64,000 bases of DNA from a virus. The stretch lies in IMG/VR virus record IMGVR_UViG_3300031688_001339; one strand, 5' to 3'. A program made the position numbers and the translations under genes. A model generated the notes under the pieces. The model saw nothing but the letters and a program-made list of their open reading frames with translations. It was not told where the DNA came from and made no database searches. Below are positions 1 to 10,236 of the stretch, one piece after another. How positions within the stretch are numbered: position 1 is the first letter of the stretch; the number at the start of each line of letters is the position of its first letter.

Positions 1-1480
1 AGCTGGTAATCTTGAACAAGATTTAATGACCGAAGAACTTACAATTGTTGAATCAACTTCAACAGAGTCAATTGTAATCGTTGAAGATTTTAAAATAGAA
101 TCAGAACCTCTAGTAAATACTACCGAAATATCAGAGGATATTATTACAGATGATTCAGTTAATACGGAAGTTGATACATCATATTACGATCAATGGGACG
201 ACAATGCCTATGACTCTGAATACGGATGGGTAGATGAGAATGACCAAGTAACTGTTTGGGATGCCAAAGGTGAAACTAAAATGAATTATGAAGATAGTAA
301 AAAGATGTATGCAGAAATGGACAAAGCATATATGAAGGCTATTGGTTGTGAAAATAATTGTAATTGGGAAAGTATTGATTGGGACAGTATTGATTGGGAC
401 GATGTTGATTGGGATTCTTTATCTCAACAACAAGACGCTACAATGTCAGCATATGGTTTAGATACTGATTGGAATCAATATAATGATGAAACTAAAAATG
501 ATGAACTTAATGTTACAGATGATGTATTTGTTGATATTGAAAAACTTGAAGGCGACATAACATATGAAGATGATATGGATAGTTTTAACAATGAAGATGA
601 TACAAACAGCACAGAAGCAAATTTTGAAGATAACAATAACAATTACTATTCAGGATCAGGTCCTTACGTGGTGACAGGTAAAGAGGATTGGTGTGATCCA
701 ACTTGGTGTACACAGCAATACATTGATGAAACTAATGAATGGAATCAAATGGATTGGGATTTAAATACAGAATATGATTCATGGACAAAGGAATCTAAAA
801 AGTTATTTGATAAATTACACTTGCATTGGTATGGTGATACAACAGAAGCTCCGAAACCTTGGACAATATCAGCACTAAAAAATAAGTACATTAATGATTG
901 GGGTTGGGCTGATTGGGATATCTTTTGGGATGCTTTTGATGAATGGCAAAACCAAGGCGCATATGATAACTGGGAATCTGACTATGAAGAATTAAGTTTA
1001 GTAGATCAGTACTCATTTGAAACAGATGAAATTGATGATTGGGAAAAAGATTATTTAGCAAATCTTCAAACTGAATCTGATTGTATATACTCTGGTTACT
1101 ATTGGGATAAAAGTAATAGCATTTGTGGTACAAAATGGGTTGATAATACAGGTGTTACCACTAAAGTAAAAGCAACTGGTGAAATAATTAACTATTATAC
1201 AGGTGATATAACTCAAACGGTGACAACAACTACAAATGGTGTTTCATCTTCGGTAACAAATACAGGTAGATATTCAACTTTTGATAATACAGCAAATTTT
1301 TCAGTTCACTCTGGCGACAACGGTTATAAAAGAATGGATAGAATATTTGACAATCATAGAGTATATCTTACTACTAACTCTCTTGAAAATTTTGATATTA
1401 TGGTAATACAAGGAATAGAAACTCAGGCTTTAGTAGCTGGATCTAATGGTGCTAAGGTTACAATAATCCAGTCTAAATAG
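1..1480 (+). CDS. Very acidic Trp/Asp-rich protein, 5'-truncated; probably secreted and possibly the partner of the downstream cyclase
   Basis: The frame of ORF 26..1480 is open back to position 2. D/E/W/N-rich with DW repeats (WESIDWDSIDWDDVDWD) and Cys pairs. Stop lies 4 nt before the cyclase start. Confidence 0.6.
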   Translation, partial: AGNLEQDLMTEELTIVESTSTESIVIVEDFKIESEPLVNTTEISEDIITDDSVNTEVDTSYYDQWDDNAYDSEYGWVDENDQVTVWDAKGETKMNYEDSKKMYAEMDKAYMKAIGCENNCNWESIDWDSIDWDDVDWDSLSQQQDATMSAYGLDTDWNQYNDETKNDELNVTDDVFVDIEKLEGDITYEDDMDSFNNEDDTNSTEANFEDNNNNYYSGSGPYVVTGKEDWCDPTWCTQQYIDETNEWNQMDWDLNTEYDSWTKESKKLFDKLHLHWYGDTTEAPKPWTISALKNKYINDWGWADWDIFWDAFDEWQNQGAYDNWESDYEELSLVDQYSFETDEIDDWEKDYLANLQTESDCIYSGYYWDKSNSICGTKWVDNTGVTTKVKATGEIINYYTGDITQTVTTTTNGVSSSVTNTGRYSTFDNTANFSVHSGDNGYKRMDRIFDNHRVYLTTNSLENFDIMVIQGIETQALVAGSNGAKVTIIQSK

Positions 1481-1484
1481 ATAT

Positions 1485-3143
1485 ATGATTAAATTTACTT
1501 CCGTATGGGCAGTAATAGTAAGTGTAGTAATTCTATTAGGAATAAAACTTTATAATCCAATACCTCTACAAACACTACAACTAAAAACATTTGATTTATA
1601 CCAACAGTTTGGTAATAATTACAAATCTAAAAGTTTGGTAATGTTAGACATATCAGATGAGGCATTAGTTAAAGAAGGACAATGGCCATGGAAAAGAGAC
1701 AAACTAGGTCGTGCCATAGTTAATGCATATAGAAACGGTGCAGCTCTAGTATTTCTGAACGTAGTATTTGTACACAAAGATAGACTTGGTGGTGATGAAA
1801 TGTTTTTGAAGATGATCTCCAAATATCCAGTTATACTAACTGAAACAGATCAAGCAAAGAACTTAATTGCCATAGGGAGGAGGGCACTAGCAGTCGCTAA
1901 CGTGGAAGTGGCAATAAGTGTTGACAATGTTATACGAAAATTACCTCTGGATAATTCCGTGCCTAAAAAGATTTTAGATATTATTAAGTTTAAAGTACCT
2001 AATCAGGATGAAATATGGATTGATTTCAGACACCACGTACCTAGAGTAGATTATGCAGATAAAGATTGGTCGTCTATGAAAGGTAAGATAGTATTCATAG
2101 GTGCTACGTTTACAGGTTCTACTTTTGTACAAACACCTAATGGTTTAATGAACACACATGAAATCATGGCAGTATCAACAGAGACCTTACTATCAGGTAA
2201 GTTTATAACTAGACCAGATTGGACACCTATTGCAGAGTGGATTATATTAATACTAGCATTAACTTTCTTTATACTTGTTATGCCTAGAGTTGGTCTACTA
2301 TGGTCATCATTATGTTTAATAGGTTTCTATTGTGAGTTAGCAGTTGCAAGTGGCTATCTATGGCAAAGTAAAATGATAATTACAGATTGGTCGTCAATCG
2401 CAATAATAGGTAGTATAGTATGGACACATTTAATATACAATAACTTTGCAAGAGAAAACAGATTAAAACTACAAATTAAAAAACAGTTTGAACATTACCT
2501 AGAACCAAAGATGGTTAAGAAGTTACAAGAAAATCCTAATTTATTAAAATTAGGTGGCGAAACAAGAGATATGACCTTTTTGTTTTGTGACATAAGAGGT
2601 TTTACTCCTATTTCAGAAAAGTTTCAAAGTAATCCACAAGGACTTACTGTAATCATAAACAAATTTCTAACACCTATGACAGACATAATAATGAAGAACG
2701 GTGGTACTATTGATAAGTATATGGGAGATTGTATCATGGCGTTTTGGAACGCTCCGATAGATCAACCTAACCATAGGTCACTAGCTGTATCTTCAGCACT
2801 AGAAATGATTGATTGTTTAAAAGAATTAAATGATAATGCACACTTTGGGAAAGACAATAACATAAATATAGGCATTGGAATAAACTCTGGTTCTGCCGTA
2901 GTAGGCAATATGGGATCAAAGCAAAGGTTTGATTATTCAGTTTTAGGTGACGCAGTAAATTTGGCAAGTAGATTAGAAGGCATATCTAAAAATTATGACG
3001 CTACTCTAATAGTCGGTTACGATACCTACGGAGAAATCCGTAATAAATTTAATTTTAAGAAATTAGATCAGGTTAAAGTAAAAGGCAAGTCAAATGAAGT
3101 ATCAATTTTCACAGTGGAGGTTAATGATAAAAAAGATAACTAA
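1485..3143 (+). CDS. CHASE2-domain transmembrane class III adenylate/guanylate cyclase
   Basis: N-terminal TM, CHASE2-like GQWPWKR motif and three TMs, followed by cyclase motifs FCDIRGFT, IDKYMGDCIMAFW, GIGINSG and DYSVLGDAVNLASRLEG. Confidence 0.92.
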   Translation: MIKFTSVWAVIVSVVILLGIKLYNPIPLQTLQLKTFDLYQQFGNNYKSKSLVMLDISDEALVKEGQWPWKRDKLGRAIVNAYRNGAALVFLNVVFVHKDRLGGDEMFLKMISKYPVILTETDQAKNLIAIGRRALAVANVEVAISVDNVIRKLPLDNSVPKKILDIIKFKVPNQDEIWIDFRHHVPRVDYADKDWSSMKGKIVFIGATFTGSTFVQTPNGLMNTHEIMAVSTETLLSGKFITRPDWTPIAEWIILILALTFFILVMPRVGLLWSSLCLIGFYCELAVASGYLWQSKMIITDWSSIAIIGSIVWTHLIYNNFARENRLKLQIKKQFEHYLEPKMVKKLQENPNLLKLGGETRDMTFLFCDIRGFTPISEKFQSNPQGLTVIINKFLTPMTDIIMKNGGTIDKYMGDCIMAFWNAPIDQPNHRSLAVSSALEMIDCLKELNDNAHFGKDNNINIGIGINSGSAVVGNMGSKQRFDYSVLGDAVNLASRLEGISKNYDATLIVGYDTYGEIRNKFNFKKLDQVKVKGKSNEVSIFTVEVNDKKDN

Positions 3144-3212
3144 AAAACTTATCTTTTTCTTCGTTTGTTGGGTGATACTATGGACAATAATTAATTGACA
3201 ACAACAGACTGT

Positions 3213-3220
3213 TATAAATA
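3213..3220 (+). promoter_or_regulatory. T4-type late promoter
   Basis: TATAAATA 8 nt before the ATG at 3229. Confidence 0.7.
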
Positions 3221-3228
3221 GTAGTAAT

Positions 3229-3726
3229 ATGGTAAATAACGATCAAACATCAATTCACGTACAATTAGCAGAGTTAACCAAAGACGTACAACAGGTTAAT
3301 AATATTCAAAGTAGATTGGATATTGCTATTGATAAGTTAACAGATGTATCAACTCATATTAAATCTATGCTGGCAGTACATGAAGAAAAGATAGAACACC
3401 AGGAAAAAATAGATGATGTCATATTCTCAAAACTTAAAATTAGAGCTAGTGAGACATCAACGTTAGAAAACGAGACTAGACAACTAATAGAAGAATCAGA
3501 GCATAGACTATTAAGTGAGATAAAAGAACGAAAGACAGAGAGTATTGATTCCGAGACCAGAATAATGAACGAGATAAAAGATTTAAAGAAAAGTATAGGT
3601 AATCGGGTAAGTTTATTAGAAAAATACAAATGGATAATCATCGGTGCCTTTCTGGCAATGGAAGCTGTAACAGCAATGTCACTATCTAGGAACGGATTGA
3701 TCTCCTGGTTCTCATTTTTAAATTAA
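3229..3726 (+). CDS. Coiled-coil protein with C-terminal TM helix (late, membrane-anchored)
   Basis: Heptad-rich body, hydrophobic WIIIGAFLAM segment, preceded by a late promoter. Confidence 0.6.
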   Translation: MVNNDQTSIHVQLAELTKDVQQVNNIQSRLDIAIDKLTDVSTHIKSMLAVHEEKIEHQEKIDDVIFSKLKIRASETSTLENETRQLIEESEHRLLSEIKERKTESIDSETRIMNEIKDLKKSIGNRVSLLEKYKWIIIGAFLAMEAVTAMSLSRNGLISWFSFLN

Positions 3727-3734
3727 AATCAGGC

Positions 3735-3763
3735 TTGACATTTAGAGTATAATCTAGTATAGT
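3735..3763 (+). promoter_or_regulatory. Sigma70-type promoter for the primase/nrd genes
   Basis: TTGACA-17 nt-TATAGT. Confidence 0.7.
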
Positions 3764-3772
3764 GTACTTACT

Positions 3773-4777
3773 ATGTCTAGTTATATTGATCTAAAATTTA
3801 TTAACAACCTTTCAGGTAGATTAGGACAGTTTAAGAAGAAAACTGACTATCTATTTAATTTCAGATGTCCACATTGTGGAGATTCAGAAAAATCCAAAAC
3901 AAAAGCAAGGGCATATTTCTACAGAGTAAAGAACGACATGTTTTTTAAATGTCATAACTGTGGTCAAGGCCAAAACTTCTCTAACTTCTTAAAGTATGTT
4001 GATCCTAAAATGTACGAAGAATATCTATTAGAAAGATATAAAGGGTCGGCACCATCTACAAAGAAACCAGATTGGGAGTTTGAGAAACCTGTATTTAAAA
4101 ACATTGGTATATTAGAATCATTAAAAACTATAGAACAATTAGATGATGAACATACAGCAAAAATTTACATAAAGAAAAGAAAGATACCTGAAAAGTTTTA
4201 TGATAAACTATATTATACTGATAAATTTGAGGAGTTAGTAAACAAAATTAAACCAAACACATACAAAATTCAAAATGATCACGAAAGATTAGTAATACCT
4301 TTTTATAATACAACTGGTGATTTATTTGCGTTTCAAGGTCGTGCATTAGGTAAAGAAAATCCTAAATACTTAACAATTAAACTAGATGAAAATAAACAAA
4401 AAGTATTTGGTTTAGAACGTATAAATTTTCAAGATCATGTATATATAGTGGAAGGACCTATAGACGCTTTGTTTATAGACAACTGTATCGCAGCTGCTGG
4501 TGCAGATTTAATGTTAAATAACAAGGTACCTAATAATAAAATTACCTATATATTTGACAACGAACCAAGAAACAAAGAAATTATAAACCGTATGTATAAA
4601 ATGATTGATAACGGATTCAATATTGTTATATGGCCTGAAGATCAAACACTAAAAGATATTAATGATATGATAATTAGTGGCTTGACAAAACTACAAATAA
4701 AAGATATAATAACAGATAACAGTTACTCACAGTTAAGTGCTCTTACTAAACTAAACCATTGGAAAAAAATTAAATGA
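3773..4777 (+). CDS. gp61: DNA primase (T4 gp61-like)
   Basis: Zn finger CPHCGD..CHNC; TOPRIM motifs VEGPIDA and FDNEPRN. Confidence 0.95.
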   Translation: MSSYIDLKFINNLSGRLGQFKKKTDYLFNFRCPHCGDSEKSKTKARAYFYRVKNDMFFKCHNCGQGQNFSNFLKYVDPKMYEEYLLERYKGSAPSTKKPDWEFEKPVFKNIGILESLKTIEQLDDEHTAKIYIKKRKIPEKFYDKLYYTDKFEELVNKIKPNTYKIQNDHERLVIPFYNTTGDLFAFQGRALGKENPKYLTIKLDENKQKVFGLERINFQDHVYIVEGPIDALFIDNCIAAAGADLMLNNKVPNNKITYIFDNEPRNKEIINRMYKMIDNGFNIVIWPEDQTLKDINDMIISGLTKLQIKDIITDNSYSQLSALTKLNHWKKIK

Positions 4778-7086
4778 CATCAGAAATATTAAACGTTAAA
4801 AAAAGAGGTGGTCGTGGATTAGAACTACTTAGCATTGAAAAAATACATGAAATGGTTGAGTTTGCTTGCGAAGATATAAAAGGTGTATCAGCGTCACAAG
4901 TTGAAATGAATAGTGGTTTACAATTTTATGATGGCATGTCAACAGATGACATACAACAAATTTTAATTAAGTCTGCTTCAGATTTAATATCACTAGACAA
5001 TCCAAATTATCAATATGTAGCTGCTAGATTGTTATTGTTTAGTTTAAGAAAACAAGTTATTGGCAGATTATGGGATCACCCTAGTATGATTGACCACGTA
5101 GAGAAGTGTGTTAAAAGAGGTGTTTATGATCCTGATATAATGAAAAAATATGAGAGAAAAGATTTTAGTAGAATGCAAAACTGGATAACACATGAAAGAG
5201 ATAACAACTTTACATATGCCGGTTTAAGACAAGTTATAGACAAGTATCTAGTACAAGATAGATCAAACGGAGAAATTTATGAAACTCCACAATTTATGTA
5301 CATGATGATTTCTGCTACACTGTTTCAAAATTATCCAAAATCAAGGAGAATGACCTATGTCAAGAAGTATTATGATTCGATATCCAATTTTAAAATTAAT
5401 ATACCTACACCTGTTATGGCTGGTGTCCGTACTCCTATTAAGCAGTATGCTAGTTGCGTACTTGTTGATAGTGACGACACTCTTGGTAGTATTTTCAGCA
5501 GCGACATGGCTATTGGCTCTTACGTTGCACAAAGAGCCGGCATTGGAATCAATGCAGGAAGAATACGTGGAATCAATGCAAGAATCAGAGGAGGTGAAGT
5601 CCAACACACAGGTGTTATTCCTTTTCTCAAAAAATTTGAAGCAACGGTTAAGTGTTGTACTCAAAACGGAGTTAGAGGCGGTTCAGCAACTGTACACTTC
5701 CCAATTTGGCACCAAGAAATAGAAGACATTATTGTTTTAAAGAACAACAAAGGTAGTGAAGATAACAGAGTTAGAAAATTAGATTACTCTATTCAACTTT
5801 CTAAATTATTCTATGAAAGATTTATTAATGAAGAAGAAATAACTCTATTCTCTCCACATGATGTACCTGAATTATATGAAGCTTGGGGAACACCAGCATT
5901 TGATGAACTATATGAAAGAGCAGAAAGAAAAACTTCTATTAAGAAACAAAAAGTAAGCGCTCAAACACTATTTACAGACATATTAAAAGAAAGAGCAGAA
6001 ACAGGTCGTATTTACATAATGAATATTGATCATTGTAATACACACTCCAGTTTTAAAGATACTATCACTATGAGTAACCTATGTCAAGAGATCACACTCC
6101 CTACCACTCCTATACAGCATATAGATGGTCAAGGAGAGATTGCTCTATGTATTCTATCAGCAATTAATGTTGGTAAACTCAATCAACTGGATGAACTGGA
6201 AGAACTATGCGACCTTGCAGTAAGATCATTAGAAGAAATTATAGACCATCAACAATATCCTGTTAAGGCCGCCGAAGTATCAACTAAAGGAAGAAGATCA
6301 TTAGGTATTGGTTATATTGGTCTCGCACACTTTTTAGCAAAAGCAGGGTTTAAATACAATGAAAAAGGTGCCTGGAAAGAAGTAGATAAATTATCAGAAG
6401 CGTTTCAATACTATCTGTTAAAGTCATCAAATACACTTGCAAAAGAAAAAGGTCAGTGTGATCTATTTCATAGAACAAAATATGCAGATGGTATATTACC
6501 AATAGATACTTACAAAAAAGAAGTAGATGAGATCGTAACTCGTAAGTTATCTATGAAATGGGAACAATTAAGAAAAGATATTAAAGAATTTGGGCTAAGA
6601 CATAGTACTCTATCGGCCCAAATGCCTTCCGAGTCTTCTAGTGTGGTATCAAATGCTACAAATGGCATTGAACCACCTAGAGACCACTTATCAGTTAAGA
6701 AAAGTAAGAAAGGCACATTAAAACAGATAGTACCAGAATATAACAAATTAAAAAATTATTATACTTTATTATGGGATATGCCTAGTAATGAGGGATATAT
6801 AAATGTAGTAGCCGTAATGCAAAAGTACTTTGATCAAGCTATATCAGGTAACTGGTCTTATAATCCAGATAACTATGAAGATAATCAAGTACCTATATCG
6901 GTTATGGCACAAGACTTACTAACAACTTATAGATTAGGTTGGAAAACATCTTACTATCAAAACACTTATGACAGTAAGAAAGACATTGAAGAGCCTAAAC
7001 ACTCTATAGATTACGATACACCAATAACACCTGAAGATCCTCCTAAAGAACAAATTGAAGAGGATTGTGATAGTTGCACAATATAA
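4774..7086 (+). CDS. nrdA: Ribonucleotide reductase class Ia alpha subunit
   Basis: ATP-cone, PTPVMAG, SCVL, SNLCQEI, TSYY and C-terminal CDSC. Confidence 0.97.
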   Translation: MTSEILNVKKRGGRGLELLSIEKIHEMVEFACEDIKGVSASQVEMNSGLQFYDGMSTDDIQQILIKSASDLISLDNPNYQYVAARLLLFSLRKQVIGRLWDHPSMIDHVEKCVKRGVYDPDIMKKYERKDFSRMQNWITHERDNNFTYAGLRQVIDKYLVQDRSNGEIYETPQFMYMMISATLFQNYPKSRRMTYVKKYYDSISNFKINIPTPVMAGVRTPIKQYASCVLVDSDDTLGSIFSSDMAIGSYVAQRAGIGINAGRIRGINARIRGGEVQHTGVIPFLKKFEATVKCCTQNGVRGGSATVHFPIWHQEIEDIIVLKNNKGSEDNRVRKLDYSIQLSKLFYERFINEEEITLFSPHDVPELYEAWGTPAFDELYERAERKTSIKKQKVSAQTLFTDILKERAETGRIYIMNIDHCNTHSSFKDTITMSNLCQEITLPTTPIQHIDGQGEIALCILSAINVGKLNQLDELEELCDLAVRSLEEIIDHQQYPVKAAEVSTKGRRSLGIGYIGLAHFLAKAGFKYNEKGAWKEVDKLSEAFQYYLLKSSNTLAKEKGQCDLFHRTKYADGILPIDTYKKEVDEIVTRKLSMKWEQLRKDIKEFGLRHSTLSAQMPSESSSVVSNATNGIEPPRDHLSVKKSKKGTLKQIVPEYNKLKNYYTLLWDMPSNEGYINVVAVMQKYFDQAISGNWSYNPDNYEDNQVPISVMAQDLLTTYRLGWKTSYYQNTYDSKKDIEEPKHSIDYDTPITPEDPPKEQIEEDCDSCTI

Positions 7087-7104
7087 AACAATAAATAAGA
7101 ACAT

Positions 7105-8208
7105 ATGAGTAAATCAGTATTTAACAAAACAAAAGGTATAGACACGACTAAACAGTTAATGTTTTTTGGACCTGACCTATCTGTACAAAGGTATGATACT
7201 TTTAAATATCCTATCTTTGATAAACTTACTCAACAACAACTTGGTTATTTTTGGAGACCTGAAGAAATATCTTTACAGAAAGATAGAAACGATTATCTAG
7301 ATTTAAGCGAAGGACAAAAATTCATATTTACAAGTAACTTAAAGTACCAAACACTATTAGATAGTGTACAAGGAAGAGGTCCATGTTTAGCATTTTTACC
7401 TTTCGTATCACTTCCAGAATTAGAGGGTGCCATAATAGTATGGGACTTTATGGAAACAATTCATAGTAGAAGTTACACGTACATAATTAAAAATTTATAT
7501 CACAATCCAAGTGAAGTATTTGACATGATTTTAGAAGACGAGAAGATTGAAAAACGAGCAGCCTCGGTCACTAAAACTTACGATGAGTTAATCAAATCAG
7601 GTTATCAATGGACACTAACACCAGATAAAGTTGATATGATGGACTTAAAGAAAAAACTATATCTTGCAATGATATCAGTTAACATACTAGAGGGTTTAAG
7701 ATTCTATGTATCGTTTGCTTGTTCATTTGCTTTTGGTGAATTGAAAAAACTAGAAGGTTCTGCTAAGATTATATCCTTTATAGCAAGAGACGAGAGTCAA
7801 CACTTGGCGATGTCTCAAAGAATTATTAATAATTGGAAAGATTACGAAAACGATAAAGATATGTTAAAAGTAATCAAAGAAAATGAAAAAGAAGTTTATA
7901 AGATGTATGATGAAGCAGTACAAGAGGAGAAACGTTGGGCAACTTATCTGTTTAGTAAAGGTTCTATGATCGGATTATCTGAAAAGTTATTACATATGTT
8001 TGTAGAGTACACAGCTAATAGAAGAATGAAAGCAATTGGTTTAAAACCTATGTATGAAACAAAGAATAATCCATTACCATGGGTTGAACACTGGTTGAAT
8101 AGTAGATCGGCTCAAAATGCACCACAAGAAACTGAAATTGAATCTTATGTAGTGGGTGGAATAAAACAAGACGTTACCAAAAATCAATTTAAGAAATTCA
8201 AACTATAA
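7105..8208 (+). CDS. nrdB: Ribonucleotide reductase class Ia beta subunit
   Basis: FWRPEE, ETIHSRSY (radical Tyr), EGLRFY, RDESQH, APQETE. Confidence 0.97.
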   Translation: MSKSVFNKTKGIDTTKQLMFFGPDLSVQRYDTFKYPIFDKLTQQQLGYFWRPEEISLQKDRNDYLDLSEGQKFIFTSNLKYQTLLDSVQGRGPCLAFLPFVSLPELEGAIIVWDFMETIHSRSYTYIIKNLYHNPSEVFDMILEDEKIEKRAASVTKTYDELIKSGYQWTLTPDKVDMMDLKKKLYLAMISVNILEGLRFYVSFACSFAFGELKKLEGSAKIISFIARDESQHLAMSQRIINNWKDYENDKDMLKVIKENEKEVYKMYDEAVQEEKRWATYLFSKGSMIGLSEKLLHMFVEYTANRRMKAIGLKPMYETKNNPLPWVEHWLNSRSAQNAPQETEIESYVVGGIKQDVTKNQFKKFKL

Positions 8209-8384
8209 TGGCTCAATTAATAAAACAAAAAAATCAGTGTGCTAACTGTGATACTAAATATATCGTTGAATGGGACCTACATATACAGGACCTTAAACCA
8301 ATCACCTGTCCATTTTGTGGACATGAAACGGAAGACTTGACAGATTATGAAGATACAGAAAGCAGATTCGATAATTGGGATTGA
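8208..8384 (+). CDS. Small zinc-ribbon protein (58 aa, not in ORF track)
   Basis: Hand-translated MAQLIKQKNQCANCDTKY...CPFCGHE...; two CxxC motifs; TAATG coupling to nrdB. Confidence 0.75.
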   Translation: MAQLIKQKNQCANCDTKYIVEWDLHIQDLKPITCPFCGHETEDLTDYEDTESRFDNWD

Positions 8385-8922
8385 TTACAGTTTAAATAGT
8401 CCTGCCATATGTGTGGTAGACAAAGAAAATACTTTTGATTTTAACAAATGTCAATTTTACTTCTTAACAAATAAGAAGAAATACATTGGCAAGATGAGGC
8501 ATAATATAATAGGTGATGAAATACAAGAATACACTAGTCCAATCCATAGATTTGCTAACATTTCAGATTGGGTTTGCAATATACTTTCTAAAACAATCAA
8601 TCATAAAATTTTCATTGAAGGATACTCTTACGGGTCTAAAGGCCAGGCTGTCTTTCAGATTGCCGAGAATTGTGGTATTCTTAAATATAGATTATCTTTG
8701 TTACACAACATTGAATATGATACAGTTGTGCCTAGTGTCGTTAAGAAGTATGCTTCAGGCAAAGGTAATGCAGACAAAGAACTTATGTATCAAACTCTCA
8801 AAAAAGAAACGAAAGTAGATTTAATGAAAGACTTTGATCAACAAAAATTAAATAATCCTGTAACAGATATTGTGGACGCATATTATATAGCAAAGGTTGG
8901 TTATGAAAATCAAAGTAATTAG
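8347..8922 (+). CDS. RuvC-like Holliday junction resolvase / RNase H-fold nuclease
   Basis: IGIDYSLNSP, FIEGYS, VKKYASGKGNADK, DIVDAYYIA. Confidence 0.8.
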   Translation: MKIQKADSIIGIDYSLNSPAICVVDKENTFDFNKCQFYFLTNKKKYIGKMRHNIIGDEIQEYTSPIHRFANISDWVCNILSKTINHKIFIEGYSYGSKGQAVFQIAENCGILKYRLSLLHNIEYDTVVPSVVKKYASGKGNADKELMYQTLKKETKVDLMKDFDQQKLNNPVTDIVDAYYIAKVGYENQSN

Positions 8923-9571
8923 TACATGGAACGATAAGTTATTTAAAGAGTATGCTCATAGATTTCAAAAGACATATAATTGGCCATTTGATCTAGAAAT
9001 ATTTGATGATGAAGACCTATATGATATACCTTCTTTTAAAAAATTTGTAGATAGAAACAAAGTAGATATTCCATTAGACTATAGAAAAGACGCAGTACGT
9101 TTTTCTTACAAAGTATATGCATACACACAATCAATCTTAACAACTAAAGGTTATGACGGTATTATCTTTATAGACGCAGACAGTGTATTCTATAAAAAGA
9201 TTGATGCTAAATGGATTGAAAAGAACATATACAAAGAAGGCCACATGATATCCTATCTTGGTAGACCAACTGAATACAGCGAATGTGGTTTCATTTTCTT
9301 TAATATGAAACACCCATTTATAAAACAATTTGCTTATGATATGAGAAAGATGTATGATGAAGAATTACTATTTAAAGAAGAACAACAACACGACTCATGG
9401 ATATTTGATGTAGTTAGGAAAAATTTAGAAGAAAAGTATGGTGTTTTAAATCATAGTATAGGTGATGGCAGAGTAGGTCATGTACAAGCCAGGTCTATAT
9501 TAGGTAGAGTTTACGATCACACAAAAGGTGCCAGAAAAAAAACAGGTAAAAGTAAAGAAAGTAGTCTATGA
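8903..9571 (+). CDS. Putative glycosyltransferase (GT-A)
   Basis: RFSYKVYA, IFIDADSV (DxD), SECGF, HTKG. Confidence 0.7.
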   Translation: MKIKVISTWNDKLFKEYAHRFQKTYNWPFDLEIFDDEDLYDIPSFKKFVDRNKVDIPLDYRKDAVRFSYKVYAYTQSILTTKGYDGIIFIDADSVFYKKIDAKWIEKNIYKEGHMISYLGRPTEYSECGFIFFNMKHPFIKQFAYDMRKMYDEELLFKEEQQHDSWIFDVVRKNLEEKYGVLNHSIGDGRVGHVQARSILGRVYDHTKGARKKTGKSKESSL

Positions 9572-10236
9572 TTAATATCTTTATAGGGTACGATGAGGGA
9601 GAGAAAATTGCTTATCACACACTATCTGAAAGTATTAGAAAACACTCTAGTGTACCTGTAACCATAACACCATTAAGTTTAAATAATTTACCACAATTCA
9701 CAAGAGAAAAACAATCTAATCAATCAACAGACTTTGCATTTAGTAGATTTCTAGTACCTTATCTATCAAACTATAGAGGGTGGTCTATCTTTATGGATTG
9801 TGATATGATGTTACGATCAGATATTGCAGAGTTATATAATCAGGCTACGTTTAAATATTCTGTTATGTGTAGTCAACATAATTATAAACCTAAACAAGAT
9901 ATAAAATTTAGAGGTGCAAAAAACCAGCAATTTCCTAAAAAGAATTGGTCTAGTGTAATGCTTTTCAACAACTCACAATGTACAAAACTAACACCCGAAT
10001 ATGTTAACACAGCAAGTGGTCTTGATCTCCATCAGTTTAAATGGTTAGAAAGAGACTATATGATAGGTCAACTACCATTAGAGTGGAATTGGTTAGTAGG
10101 TGAGTATGGTTATAATGAAACAGCAAAGAACGTACATTGGACATTAGGTGGTCCTTGGTATAAAGAGTTTAAAGATCAAGATTATGCAGACGAATGGCAT
10201 AAGTTATATAAAGAAACAACAGAGGTAAACTTATGA
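9568..10236 (+). CDS. Putative glycosyltransferase (GT8-like)
   Basis: IFIGYD, STDFAFSRF, FMDCDM, KNWSSVMLFN, EWNWL, HWTLGGPW. Confidence 0.8.
   Translation: MINIFIGYDEGEKIAYHTLSESIRKHSSVPVTITPLSLNNLPQFTREKQSNQSTDFAFSRFLVPYLSNYRGWSIFMDCDMMLRSDIAELYNQATFKYSVMCSQHNYKPKQDIKFRGAKNQQFPKKNWSSVMLFNNSQCTKLTPEYVNTASGLDLHQFKWLERDYMIGQLPLEWNWLVGEYGYNETAKNVHWTLGGPWYKEFKDQDYADEWHKLYKETTEVNL

Noticed and set aside
360-420. GATTGGGA repeats as a possible CRISPR array or DNA repeat element
   Set aside because: They are short in-frame repeats encoding DW units, with no spacer structure and no cas genes.
4774-8208. Introns, inteins or homing endonucleases in nrdA/nrdB
   Set aside because: Both ORFs are continuous and of normal length.
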